This document shows, piece after piece, positions 1-9,776 of a DNA stretch of 64,000 nt; the first letter of the stretch is position 1, and each line of letters begins with the position of its first letter. The notes below the pieces were generated by a model, which was not told where the DNA came from, ran no database searches, and was given only the letters and a program-made list of their open reading frames with translations. The position numbers and the translations under genes are program-made. Source of the stretch: an uncultured bacterium (lineage in GTDB: Bacteria; UBA8481). The stretch covers positions 62,001-126,000 of the forward strand of contig CAZCME010000008.1 of the NCBI GenBank assembly GCA_964499705.1, in the 5' to 3' direction.

Positions 1-539
1 CTGGCCCATTCCGCCCATCGAGTCGTGGCGTGATTCGCGATGACCTCCCGATAAAACATCTTCGATTCCACGGAGCGTCCCTGGATCTCGGAAATGTCGC
101 CCATCTTGAACTTGGCTTCCGCGAGTCGTTCCTGGCCGTAATCCTTGTGCTTTTCGATGAGATACCTGAACGCTTCCGCAGCTCCGTCCAGATCGCCGTT
201 TGCCTGCTGACACAAGCCGAGCATGTACACGCCATGCGCGGCGTACGAATCAGCCGGATTTTTCAGGACGATAGCCGCGAAATAAGGGGCGGCCTCGCCG
301 TATTGCTTCTGGTCGAATCGTGTAACGCCGTTCTGAAAGAGTTGATCGGGCCTCGATGCGAGATCCATGTTGAAGGGGGCCATGCCGTCCAAGCCATTCG
401 CCAACCGCAACGGAACCCGCGCGGGGGACTGCGTCGTCATCGAAGGCGACGGCGGCGACGACGGCTCCTTTCCGCATGATGTTCCCAGGAGAAACGCAAT
501 CAGAAACAGAAGACCTCGCACCACAAGACGTTTCATCAT
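1..539 (-). CDS. TPR-containing lipoprotein (BamD/CpoB-like), runs off window start
   Basis: Hand translation MMKRLVVRGLLFLIAFLLGTSC (lipobox-like), then TPR-like helices (QLFQNGVTRFDQKQYGEAAPYF, YMLGLCQQANGDLDGAAEAF); frame open to position 1; GAGGTG upstream; not in ORF track. Confidence 0.7.
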   Translation of the reverse strand, partial: MMKRLVVRGLLFLIAFLLGTSCGKEPSSPPSPSMTTQSPARVPLRLANGLDGMAPFNMDLASRPDQLFQNGVTRFDQKQYGEAAPYFAAIVLKNPADSYAAHGVYMLGLCQQANGDLDGAAEAFRYLIEKHKDYGQERLAEAKFKMGDISEIQGRSVESKMFYREVIANHATTRWAEWA

Positions 540-609
540 CTCATCATCACCTCTATCGTAGGAGTTTAAGCATAACGGTCATATCGGATGGCCTCAAGCC
601 CGCACATGC

Positions 610-1287
610 TCATGATCGGTGTGCTCCGCAGACCTGGCAGGTTGTGTCCGCCTGGAAGGATTGAAATCGAGCGCGCGCGGAACGCGCATGGAATGTCCAA
701 AGGTTCCTTTCCCATCGCCCCACTTGTCCCGACAGCAGTCGAACAGCTTCATCCGCGGCAAGAAGGCCCGCCAGACCGGCGACCGGACCTAGGATTCCGT
801 CCCGTTGGCAATCGGCGGTATCCACTGAATCCGCGGTATCGAAAAGGCATCGCAGGCATCCTGGGCCGCGAATTGTAAGACCCTGAGCTTCCCATCCCGA
901 TGCGCCTGCATGAACGAGCGTGATCCCGCGGCGAACTATAGCATCGTGAAGGACAAGCTTGGCATCTGCCCGGTCTACCGCCTCTATGATTATGTCATAC
1001 CGATCAAGGAATTCCTCATCGCCTCTCACCACCTGATCGTGAGTAAAAAACCGTACGGACGCGGCGCCCGGCAACCGGCTCAGCGCGACGGCCGCGCGCT
1101 CAACCTTTCGCATTCCCAGGTCCTGCTCCGTGAATAAGAGCTGCCTATGAAGATTGGATACTTGAACGACATCATGGTCGGCCAGGCCGATAACGGGCAC
1201 GCCCGAAGATGCGAGGTGCAACAAGGCGGGGCATCCGATTCCCCCGACTCCCATCACCAGAACACTCTGATTTGTCGCCGTCGCCAT
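610..1287 (-). CDS. HesA/MoeB/ThiF family adenylyltransferase
   Basis: GVGGIG, DHDVVQVSNLHRQLLF, CLRC and C-terminal CQVC zinc motifs. Confidence 0.9.
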   Translation of the reverse strand: MATATNQSVLVMGVGGIGCPALLHLASSGVPVIGLADHDVVQVSNLHRQLLFTEQDLGMRKVERAAVALSRLPGAASVRFFTHDQVVRGDEEFLDRYDIIIEAVDRADAKLVLHDAIVRRGITLVHAGASGWEAQGLTIRGPGCLRCLFDTADSVDTADCQRDGILGPVAGLAGLLAADEAVRLLSGQVGRWERNLWTFHARSARARFQSFQADTTCQVCGAHRS

Positions 1288-1324
1288 TGTGTCAAATCTT
1301 ACTGTAATTAGAGATGGCGAACTA

Positions 1325-1353
1325 TTGCAAAGGCATATTTAAGAAGTTACACT
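1325..1353 (+). promoter_or_regulatory. sigma70-type promoter of the pilin-like gene, probably leaderless
   Basis: TTGCAA (1325-1330), 17-nt spacer, TACACT (1348-1353), ATG 6 nt downstream, no SD. Confidence 0.6.
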
Positions 1354-1359
1354 TCAGGC

Positions 1360-2664
1360 ATGCGGCGCTTGAAAAATGTTCGTCGACTCGTGGACGGACA
1401 AGGCATGGTGGAAACCGGCCTGGTGATGGGGCTTATCGCCGTGCTTGCTCTCGCGTCCATCTGGGTCCTTGCGACCTATCTCGGTAAGGAAGCCAAGGGC
1501 GAGGCCGGTGCCCAATCTCAAAGCCAAAGCGAATTCAATCAAGCCATGACCGATGCTGCTGGCGGCAAAGCGCTCAACACAACATCCGTCCAGACCACCG
1601 TAACCACGGGCGCTACGACAACGACCGTGGCTACGACAACTACGGTCGCAACGACTACCGCTGCGACGACGACAGCCGCGACAACGACTGCCGCGACAAC
1701 GACTGCCGCGACAACGACTGCCGCGACAACGACTGCCGCGACTACCACCGCCGCGACTACCACCGCTGCAACGACGACTACAACGACGACAACTACCACC
1801 ACTACTGCCGCGACTACAACCGCGGCAACAACAACGGGCGCTACTACGACAGGTGCCACCACGACCGCCGCGACGACAACAACAGCAGCGACCACCACCA
1901 CGAGCACAACGACTACAACAACCACCCCCGCCTGCAATCCCACGATCACCAGCGTAAGCTGGGGTTCGACGAGCTGGCCCACCTCCTTCTTATATGATTA
2001 CAGGGAAATTCCACCCGGCGAAACGCGTACGATCACCGTCACCGTTTCAGATGGAGCCGGCTGCGCAACGAGCGTGGTCGCCAGGACCACTTTTGGCAGC
2101 GGACTAACAATCAGCGGAAATACAACCGATTCGACGGCGCCTTATACGTTCACAGGCATATCCTCAGAACAAAACGATGAATTCTCAGAAATGGAATTCG
2201 ATGTCTATGTAGGAGGATCTTTAAGGAATACGTTCGGTATCAGCGCGTCCACGTCGACATGTACAGCCAGGATCACATCGGTCAGCGTGGGAAGCGGCGG
2301 CACCATATGCAATTGGACAGTTTCCGGCCAATCGAAAACCGTGAATAAAAATTTCAACGATAAGACTTTCGTCACAGTGGTGACGGATTCCTCAAACAAT
2401 TGCGCGCCTGGATCATTGAGCGTAAAGTTGTCCGGCATGGTCAGCAGTGGATGCTTCACCTCGGCGGGACTCGTCGGCGGGACTCAGGGAACATCCGCAA
2501 TCGTGGATAGTTCGGCTCCCTATCAATTCGTCATCGACGGGAATTCAGCGAGCGGGAAGAGCAATACGCTGACTTTCCAGCTTTTGAACCATGACGGCAG
2601 GATGTTGCTCAATACATTCACCATTGTCGGTTCAACGGTAACTTCCGGCGGGTGCACTCCGTAG
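1360..2664 (+). CDS. Flp/type IVb pilin-like protein with Thr-rich stalk and two C-terminal Ig-like repeats
   Basis: Basic leader, then G|QGMVE prepilin cleavage motif and hydrophobic helix; about 115 aa of T/A repeats; duplicated domain (CNPTITSVS..DSTAPYTF / CTARITSVS..DSSAPYQF). Confidence 0.75.
   Translation: MRRLKNVRRLVDGQGMVETGLVMGLIAVLALASIWVLATYLGKEAKGEAGAQSQSQSEFNQAMTDAAGGKALNTTSVQTTVTTGATTTTVATTTTVATTTAATTTAATTTAATTTAATTTAATTTAATTTAATTTAATTTTTTTTTTTTAATTTAATTTGATTTGATTTAATTTTAATTTTSTTTTTTTPACNPTITSVSWGSTSWPTSFLYDYREIPPGETRTITVTVSDGAGCATSVVARTTFGSGLTISGNTTDSTAPYTFTGISSEQNDEFSEMEFDVYVGGSLRNTFGISASTSTCTARITSVSVGSGGTICNWTVSGQSKTVNKNFNDKTFVTVVTDSSNNCAPGSLSVKLSGMVSSGCFTSAGLVGGTQGTSAIVDSSAPYQFVIDGNSASGKSNTLTFQLLNHDGRMLLNTFTIVGSTVTSGGCTP
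1579..1926 (+). repeat. Coding tandem repeat (TTTAA)n, 15-nt unit
   Basis: Four perfect ACAACGACTGCCGCG copies at 1681-1740 within a longer degenerate Thr-codon array. Confidence 0.9.
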
Positions 2665-2732
2665 GAGCATTGTCCTGCGGAAGATCGAAATCAACCGCGT
2701 GCGTTTCAGGCAATGAATCGACCGAAGAAGTT

Positions 2733-5273
2733 TCAGTCTCCCGGATTCGCCCTGAGCCGCTTCAATTCCTCTGCGATCTGCGCCGCCGCTTCCCTGTTTC
2801 CCGACTTCAATGCTGCATCCCGAACTCTCTGCCAAGCTTCGATCGTCCATTCGCTTTCCGGAAATTCGCCAATGAGCGTCACATAATCCATCATGGCTCG
2901 CGATTCATCGCCGGCGGCGGTAGCCGCGATCGCGCGCCAGCGAAGCGCTTTGACGCGTATCGATTCCATCGCTGGTTTGCGGTCGCACTCTTCAATCACA
3001 GAGGAGAATTCCTTCACCGCATCGACAGGCTGATAGCGCTTCAAAGCGTCTTCGCCCCACCATTGATGCTCCTGCGGAAGTCGGCCGGACCGGAAGGAGG
3101 AAATCGTAAGCAGGCACGAGAGCGATGTCGCGATGGCAAAATCGACAAGACGCCGTTCAAGTTTTGAATCACCTTGCGTCGATGGTGGCGTCGCGCCACG
3201 CCATTGCAGAGAAATTAGAAAAAGAATCGCGGCGCACGTCGCGGCCATACCTGTCCACTCGACGGGTGTCAGCGCAAATTTCAGCGTCACTTCATTTTTC
3301 TCCGGCACGATCATGAAAAATCCTGGCGTGCAGGGATACATGGTTCCTCCTTCGATCCGCCACCTGGGATGCCACGCCATCGAAAGCCTGACTGGCCATC
3401 CCGGCCGTGTCGTTCGAATCGTCACTTTCTCCTCCGCCATCGCGCACGTGACCTCCGGAGGCGAATCCTGCGAGCCGGACATTCCGGCATAATAAGGTCG
3501 CATCGGAATCGAATCGGCGTCCTCTCCACATCGCAGCCATTCCTGCGGTGGCTCGACTCCTCCCAACGGAAGAATCACCGCCGGTTCTCCGTCGGGATGC
3601 GCTATGAAATGCCGATAGGCGTACATCTTCGGATTCGCTCCTGCGTACACGAGCGGCTCCAGCTTCACCGGCGTCGCGAAACTTTTCCTTCCGCCGGTCC
3701 GCTCATAGATGCTGTAACCGCCCACGGCGGCCGTTCGCGTCACGTCGCTCCGGCGGTCCAGGCGCCTCTTCATCGCATCCGAGCGGATGAGGAGCGTCCG
3801 GGCGTTGAAGAGGTCGAGATGAGCGAGGCCCGCGTCGACATCCGGATGCGCATAGTGATAATCGGGCAGCGCCGCCGAGGTCACCTGCGAAAGTTCCGAC
3901 TGGATGTAGTACACGAAGGGCGAAAGAATCGACGACTGGATATAGATGCCCTCCAGCGTCTGCCGCCCGGCCAGATACGGCAGGCTCTCGAAGATGCGGA
4001 CGGTGCCGAGCATACCGTTGTCCGGACCATGCTCGTAGTAGACGCGATGTCGCGACAGATCCCCTTGGAGCCGTTCTCGCAGATCGGCAAGCGTCTCCCA
4101 TGATGCTTTCGCCTCCAGGCCGGAAAAATTCCAATTCGCCCATTGAGAAGCCGCGATCGTGGAGCCGGGGACGATGAACGCGAGACCGGCGGCCAGGGCC
4201 ATGGGCAGCACCCACGCCGCGCGTTCCACTTCCTTCGCGCGCGCGAACGCGGACGCGCCGAGCATCAGGAGACCGACGAACCAGAACGGAAGGAAGCGGA
4301 TATCCACGACATGGAGCCGGTATCCGACGCGATAGATGAGAAGAGCGAGAACGGACGTGCCGGCGAAAAGAAAAATGCGGTCGTCGATGCGACGACCACG
4401 AATCCGGGTCGCGAGAGAGGCAGCCAGCGGGAAAAGCGCCAGGAGCGCGACCGCGACAATGATGGGAGGCAGGAGGTCGTCCGGCTTATCGAGGACCCAG
4501 ATGTGGTTGAAGGCGGTGGAGTAGGGCAGATAAGCGATGAGCGGAATGATCCAGCCGCCGAGGAGAAGAAACGCGAGCAGATGGGTCGAGGCGATGATGC
4601 GAATCGCGTTGCGTATCGATGGTCCAGCCATCATGAGGAAGAGCGAGGCGCAACCTCCGTAAAGAAGAGCGTATCCGTGCGAGAAACCCATGGCCGCTTC
4701 GCACACGACGGCCAGCGGAGAGATGCGCCCTGCGTGAACGGAGCGCCATAATTCGGCGAGGAAGAGAGGAAAGAAAAGATAACCGTATGAGTAGCCGATT
4801 TCGCCGGCCAGGAGGCTCTGCAGATTGCCGCCCCATACCGTCTGGCGGTCATTGCAGAGAACCAGGAGCGAGAGCAGCGCTCCGGCGGCGGGCACGGGCG
4901 CGGGGAATTTCAAGCGCCGGAGCGAAACCGCGACGGCGGCCGGAAAGAGAACCGCGGCGAGAACGGCGCCGAGCTTGAAGGCTACGTGAAACGGGAAGAT
5001 CGCACAGAGGAGGGCCATCACGAGAAAAGGAAATGGAAAATAAAGCTGGAAGAGCGGGTAGCCGCCGAGATTTCCCTGGGTCCAGCCCACGAGTTTTCCC
5101 TGCGGCAGAAGTTCATGGACCAGCTTGTCCAGGGCGACGATGTGCGACGTCATGTCGCCGCCGGAGACGATCGTGTCGGTGAAGAGGAGCCGCGGTTCCA
5201 TCAGGTTGAAGATGAATCCGCACGCGACGAGGACCGATAGGAACTCGGCGGCTTTTTCCGTCCTATCCGACAA
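2733..5273 (-). CDS. Multi-pass membrane protein, PTPS-related/YfhO-like (GT-C-like), with C-terminal TPR-like helices
   Basis: GGDMTSH, GYPLFQLYFPFPF, GGNLQSLLAGEI motifs; many TM segments; TTG start 5273 overlaps the upstream stop. Confidence 0.7.
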   Translation of the reverse strand: MSDRTEKAAEFLSVLVACGFIFNLMEPRLLFTDTIVSGGDMTSHIVALDKLVHELLPQGKLVGWTQGNLGGYPLFQLYFPFPFLVMALLCAIFPFHVAFKLGAVLAAVLFPAAVAVSLRRLKFPAPVPAAGALLSLLVLCNDRQTVWGGNLQSLLAGEIGYSYGYLFFPLFLAELWRSVHAGRISPLAVVCEAAMGFSHGYALLYGGCASLFLMMAGPSIRNAIRIIASTHLLAFLLLGGWIIPLIAYLPYSTAFNHIWVLDKPDDLLPPIIVAVALLALFPLAASLATRIRGRRIDDRIFLFAGTSVLALLIYRVGYRLHVVDIRFLPFWFVGLLMLGASAFARAKEVERAAWVLPMALAAGLAFIVPGSTIAASQWANWNFSGLEAKASWETLADLRERLQGDLSRHRVYYEHGPDNGMLGTVRIFESLPYLAGRQTLEGIYIQSSILSPFVYYIQSELSQVTSAALPDYHYAHPDVDAGLAHLDLFNARTLLIRSDAMKRRLDRRSDVTRTAAVGGYSIYERTGGRKSFATPVKLEPLVYAGANPKMYAYRHFIAHPDGEPAVILPLGGVEPPQEWLRCGEDADSIPMRPYYAGMSGSQDSPPEVTCAMAEEKVTIRTTRPGWPVRLSMAWHPRWRIEGGTMYPCTPGFFMIVPEKNEVTLKFALTPVEWTGMAATCAAILFLISLQWRGATPPSTQGDSKLERRLVDFAIATSLSCLLTISSFRSGRLPQEHQWWGEDALKRYQPVDAVKEFSSVIEECDRKPAMESIRVKALRWRAIAATAAGDESRAMMDYVTLIGEFPESEWTIEAWQRVRDAALKSGNREAAAQIAEELKRLRANPGD

Positions 5274-6060
5274 TTTTTTTCCGGCGGCGCAGGATGGGTT
5301 GAAGCAGGAGTGCCAGGGAAATCGCCAGCACGGCAAGAGCGGCGATCTTCCACTCCATGTTCCCCTCGTCCGGCTTCACGACGTTCACCTGGATCGTGCC
5401 CATGCCCACCTCATGGATTCCTCCTTGCTCCCCTTCCATGATGATGTACACGGTGGTGCGCGTCCCGGGCAAGGCTCCCCCGGTTCCCATGCCGATCGGG
5501 ATGACGAGCTCCTGGCCGGGTCTGAAATGGAGCTTGAGCGCGGATTTCGGCTCGGTGACATCCAGTTCCACCGGAGCGACGACCCTGCACGTGACCTCAA
5601 CGTCGCTGTCGCCCGCATACTTGACACGTACGCTCGTGGCGCCGGTCCGCGAAAGAGTCAGGCCCGCGGGTTCGATAAGGAATCGGAGCGGCGGGGGCGT
5701 ATCGACGGACTGGAGGTGAACGAGGATGCTGGAGAAGGGATAACCGTTCGCGTCGGCATAATTGAGCCGGGCGATGACGGGATACCATCCAGGGAGAGCG
5801 GGACGCTGGAAGATCGCGGTATCGGTATGAACCACGGTCCCCGGTAAATAATCCCGGTCGGACCGGCTCGATTCTTTCTCGCCGGCGAACTCCCAGTCGA
5901 CGGAAACGGCCCGCGCCAGATCATCGCCGGTCTGGGAGAGCTTCATCGAGCAGTGAACCTGCGAGTCTCGCAACTCCGAGTGGAGAACCTGCTGCCACTG
6001 GATCGTGCCGGCATGCACCGGCAAGGCCAGAAACAGAAGCGCTGTGAAGAGCATCCGCAT
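5263..6060 (-). CDS. Secreted beta-rich hypothetical protein with C-terminal membrane anchor
   Basis: Signal peptide MRMLFTALLFLALPVHA; C-terminal TM followed by RRRKK; start moved to ATG 6060. Confidence 0.65.
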   Translation of the reverse strand: MRMLFTALLFLALPVHAGTIQWQQVLHSELRDSQVHCSMKLSQTGDDLARAVSVDWEFAGEKESSRSDRDYLPGTVVHTDTAIFQRPALPGWYPVIARLNYADANGYPFSSILVHLQSVDTPPPLRFLIEPAGLTLSRTGATSVRVKYAGDSDVEVTCRVVAPVELDVTEPKSALKLHFRPGQELVIPIGMGTGGALPGTRTTVYIIMEGEQGGIHEVGMGTIQVNVVKPDEGNMEWKIAALAVLAISLALLLQPILRRRKKIVG

Positions 6061-6170
6061 GAGCCGAAACTTTATCAGAGGACCGCTTCCAGTGGGAGAA
6101 ATGGTACTGGAATGTGGATGGACAGGATGGAGCTTTGCCCTCACAATTAAAGGACCCATCCCGGGCCGGC

Positions 6171-9100
6171 ATGAACTGGAAAGCGAAGATAATCCTGCAT
6201 CTGCACCTGATATTCGTGGCGGCGAACGTCATCGTGCCCGCGCACGCCCAGCGGTCATCCGTCCCCCGCATCGGAATATCCCGATCGACCGATCCCGGAA
6301 CGCTCGAACTTCAGCGATCGTTCCGGCGCGATGCTCCCGAATCCATCGCGGCGCGATTGCGCGCCTACGCGACGGAACGCGGCATTCCCAGCCGCGAGCG
6401 AATGAGCCGCGCTCCGGAACCCGTGGGCGTTCCCGCGCCCGGCACGCGCGTCTCGCTCCGACCTCATCTTCCTCGGATTCAGCCCGCCTACGGACTCGAT
6501 CAGAGGCTTGCCGGCGCCTCCGGTCCCGGCGACAGGATTTTCGGAGTTCTCGTGGAACTGGATCATGCGCTCTCCCTGGACGAGGCAATCCGATTCCTCG
6601 AGAACGGATTCGCCGTCACCCATCGCGTGAGCGATCGGGCCATCATACTGCTGGTGCGCAAGAACAGGCTTATGGCTCTGGCCGGACTGCCGTTCGTCCG
6701 CGGCGTCACGCCGCTCCTTCCCGAGCACAAATTCGATCCCTCCGATCCGACTCCCGATGACGGTCTGCTGGCCGTTCATCCGATCGCGGCGGGCCGGGAT
6801 GAATATCGAGCGGAATTAATCTCATCGGGATACGCGATCCGCTCGTTCGATCCCGTCGCGAATATCTATCTCGTCGCGGCGCCGAAGGGGGCTCGACTTT
6901 CTCTCGCGTCCCTGTATTGGGTCGGTTATGTCGCACCCGTCGCCATCGGCGAAGCGGAAGCCGTGAACTTCGAGCCGGACGATGCGCGGGAGATTGTCGG
7001 CTCGTCCTGGATCTGGCGCGGCGATACGGGATCCCTCGGCGCGCCGCGCTACACGGGCCGCGATATCCGCGTGGGAATGATCGACGAGGGTTTCAACGAG
7101 CTGCACCCGGATTTTTCCGGCGATACGAAGGTGCTGGCCGGAAGCGATCTCGGCGGAAGCGATCCATCGGTCAACCGCGAACACGGGACGCACGTCGCGG
7201 GCCTCATCGCGTCCCGCTCCGGGAGCAGAACTCTTCCCGGCCGCTGGAATTCGCGCGGAGTCGCGCATGATGCCCAGGTCGCGTTCTTCTCGGGATTTTC
7301 CGCCGTGATGGCGCGCGCCTTCACGTTCTTCAATGCGAATAACATTGTCGTCTCCAACCATTCCTGGGGCGCGTCCTCGACGCACGGATATTCCTCCACC
7401 TCGCAGACGTACGATGCCTGGATGGTGGAGACAGGATCGCAACTGATGTTCAAATCCGCCGGAAACTCCGGATCGCAGGCGACAATCACGGCGCCGGGAA
7501 CGGGGAAAAACCTGCTCGTGATCGGCGCTCTGAACCAGGTCACCGACGCGACCCTGGGGCAGACCCTGGGCGAGATCGCGAGCTACTCATCGCGCGGCCC
7601 GACGCGCGACGAAAATTCCACGTCGAGCGCGCAAGGGCGGCTGAAGCCGGACCTTGTGGCCCCGGGCGGCGGAAGCGGCGGGACCCTGGGCGTTGTCTCG
7701 GCGAACGGATTCAACGATCCCGGATTCTTCACGCCGAGCACGGCGTACTGGGAGACGGACACGTATTATCTCCGGATGAGCGGCACGAGCATGGCGGCGC
7801 CCCTGGCCACCGGATCCGCGGCTCTTGTGCAAGAGATGCTGATGCGCGCGAATCCGGGCAATCCCGGCGCGGCCAGGAACGCAAATCTCATCAAGGCGCT
7901 TCTCATTAATACCGCCTTGCCGCTGACCGGCAATTCCGGTTCGAATAACCGGAGCGGGTATGCGAACACGACGTACGGTTATGGACTTGTGAATCCCTAC
8001 TCCGCGATCTACGACGTCGCGGGAGAGAATGTCCGGCTCCTCGCGGAGACCGGGCTGGTGATTCTGACGACGCGCGATTCCGAAACCAGATCGATCACTG
8101 TGCCGGCCGGCGCGAAATTCCTCGCGGCGACACTGGCCTACAACGATATCGCCGGCAACGAAGCGGGCGGAGCGACGGGAGATCTGAAGGACGACCTCGA
8201 CCTCGTGCTCGTGGAACCGGGCGGCACCGAGCACCGGTACGATCTGGCCGGGATCGGCGGCAACGCGACGTATCCCTCCCCGCTGGAGAAGATCACGATC
8301 CAGAATCCCGCCGCGGGAAACTGGAACGCGCGGGTGGAATACGTGACGTCCTTCGACAACATCCCGAACATATCCAGCCGTGAGTATGCGATCGTAGCGC
8401 ATGCGATCCTCGCCGAGCCGGCCCTGGCGGTGACGGTTCCCGCCGACACGATCATCGTCGAAACGGGAGGCGTCGTGATCCTCACGCCGACATTCACAAA
8501 CACGGGCGGCCACGTCGCCGCGGCCGTGAGCGCCGACCTGGCGAAGGTATCCGGCATGTACGATTTCACCGGCGACGTGAACCGAGTCTTCTTCATAAAC
8601 ACGCTCCCCTTCGCCGGCGCGGCCGATACAAGAACGTTCACATGCACGGCGCCCGTGTATCGAGGAACGTATCGATTCATGATCACCGCTCGTGGCATCA
8701 ACCGATTCGGCGCCGGAGCCGCCACGAAGACGATCACGGTCATCGTGGGCGACACGACTCCGAATCCCTCGGCTCCGATCCCCCGCGCGACGATCACGAA
8801 AGCGAATATCGTCCTCGGCGAAACGACGACGCTCGACGGAGCCACGTCGTCAGACTCCGACGGCGAAAGTCTCACGTACGCCTGGACGATCTCCCCCATG
8901 ACGGGCGTTACGGTTTCGGACACGGCGCAGCCGTCGATCACATTCTCCAGCGCGGAATCGACGCTGTACGCGATCATCCTCCGAGTCCGCGACAGGGACA
9001 CGACCGTCGCCGCCGAAACGATAGCGATCCGGGTCGTGCGGATGAAGGGCGACATCGTGGGAGCGAATTCCGCAACGCCGGATGCGCGGATCGACTCCGC

Positions 9101-9236
9101 GGACGTGAAAGCACTCCTGCCGTTCTACGGCCGCCGTTCCGGGCAGAGCGAATACGATCCCTCCTACGACCTGAACGCGGACGGGGTAATTTCGCACGAG
9201 GACTACCTGCTGCTCGGAAAGAGTTACGGCCAGTGA
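6171..9236 (+). CDS. Secreted S8 (subtilisin-like) serine peptidase with PKD-like and dockerin-like C-terminal domains
   Basis: Triad motifs IDEG, HGTHVAG, GTSMAAP; SAGN; KPDLVAPG; LDGATSSDSDGESLTYAW (PKD-like); DLNADGVISHEDY (dockerin-like). Confidence 0.9.
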   Translation: MNWKAKIILHLHLIFVAANVIVPAHAQRSSVPRIGISRSTDPGTLELQRSFRRDAPESIAARLRAYATERGIPSRERMSRAPEPVGVPAPGTRVSLRPHLPRIQPAYGLDQRLAGASGPGDRIFGVLVELDHALSLDEAIRFLENGFAVTHRVSDRAIILLVRKNRLMALAGLPFVRGVTPLLPEHKFDPSDPTPDDGLLAVHPIAAGRDEYRAELISSGYAIRSFDPVANIYLVAAPKGARLSLASLYWVGYVAPVAIGEAEAVNFEPDDAREIVGSSWIWRGDTGSLGAPRYTGRDIRVGMIDEGFNELHPDFSGDTKVLAGSDLGGSDPSVNREHGTHVAGLIASRSGSRTLPGRWNSRGVAHDAQVAFFSGFSAVMARAFTFFNANNIVVSNHSWGASSTHGYSSTSQTYDAWMVETGSQLMFKSAGNSGSQATITAPGTGKNLLVIGALNQVTDATLGQTLGEIASYSSRGPTRDENSTSSAQGRLKPDLVAPGGGSGGTLGVVSANGFNDPGFFTPSTAYWETDTYYLRMSGTSMAAPLATGSAALVQEMLMRANPGNPGAARNANLIKALLINTALPLTGNSGSNNRSGYANTTYGYGLVNPYSAIYDVAGENVRLLAETGLVILTTRDSETRSITVPAGAKFLAATLAYNDIAGNEAGGATGDLKDDLDLVLVEPGGTEHRYDLAGIGGNATYPSPLEKITIQNPAAGNWNARVEYVTSFDNIPNISSREYAIVAHAILAEPALAVTVPADTIIVETGGVVILTPTFTNTGGHVAAAVSADLAKVSGMYDFTGDVNRVFFINTLPFAGAADTRTFTCTAPVYRGTYRFMITARGINRFGAGAATKTITVIVGDTTPNPSAPIPRATITKANIVLGETTTLDGATSSDSDGESLTYAWTISPMTGVTVSDTAQPSITFSSAESTLYAIILRVRDRDTTVAAETIAIRVVRMKGDIVGANSATPDARIDSADVKALLPFYGRRSGQSEYDPSYDLNADGVISHEDYLLLGKSYGQ

Positions 9237-9258
9237 ATATTCGGCAGATAATACGGTG

Positions 9259-9328
9259 ATAATACGGGGACAGTATACTATTTTCCGTGAAATTCTTCAC
9301 GGAAAATAGTATACTGTCCCCGTATTAT
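9259..9328. repeat. 70-bp perfect palindromic element, copy 1
   Basis: 33-bp arms ATAATACGGGGACAGTATACTATTTTCCGTGAA with loop ATTC; second copy at 45899-45970. Confidence 0.95.
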
Positions 9329-9776
9329 GGACGTCTTGCCGTGGATCATCGTTCCGGTCTTTCCCGTGTTCTGGTGCGGTGTTGTCATCCTCGTCGGGCG
9401 CGTGAGCGGGTGGGCGGAGCTGGCGGAGAAGTATGGAGCCGGGATGGAGTATCCCGGGGCTCGCTGGAGATTCCAGTCGGCTCAGATGCGATGGACCAGC
9501 AATTACAGCGGAGTCATCACTCTGGGCGCCGACATGGCGGGCCTGCATTTTTCCGTCATGCCGCTTTTTCGCGCGGGGCATGCTCCGTTCTTCATTCCCT
9601 GGAATGAAATCACCGTGACCGCGCTGAATCCCCTCATGCCCATCCTGACGTATGCTTACGAACTGCGTTTCGATCGCGCGCCGCAGATTCCATTCCGGAT
9701 CTTTCGCGGCACATACGAAAAAATCCAGAGCGTGGGCGGACCGCTCTGGCGCAAGAAGAAGGACGCCATCGCGTGA
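9327..9776 (+). CDS. Hypothetical membrane protein
   Basis: N-terminal TM; stop overlaps the GTG of the next gene. Confidence 0.65.
   Translation: MDVLPWIIVPVFPVFWCGVVILVGRVSGWAELAEKYGAGMEYPGARWRFQSAQMRWTSNYSGVITLGADMAGLHFSVMPLFRAGHAPFFIPWNEITVTALNPLMPILTYAYELRFDRAPQIPFRIFRGTYEKIQSVGGPLWRKKKDAIA

Noticed and set aside
610-1287. ThiF/E1-like gene as part of a CBASS or ubiquitin-like defence system
   Set aside because: Plain MoeB/ThiF size and motifs; no E2, JAB or cyclase neighbours visible
1539-1982. Val/Ala-rich 147-aa minus-strand ORF
   Set aside because: Antisense shadow of the Thr-codon repeat
9259-9328. Palindrome as CRISPR repeat or simple intrinsic terminator
   Set aside because: No repeat-spacer array or cas genes; stem is far longer than a terminator and lacks a U tract
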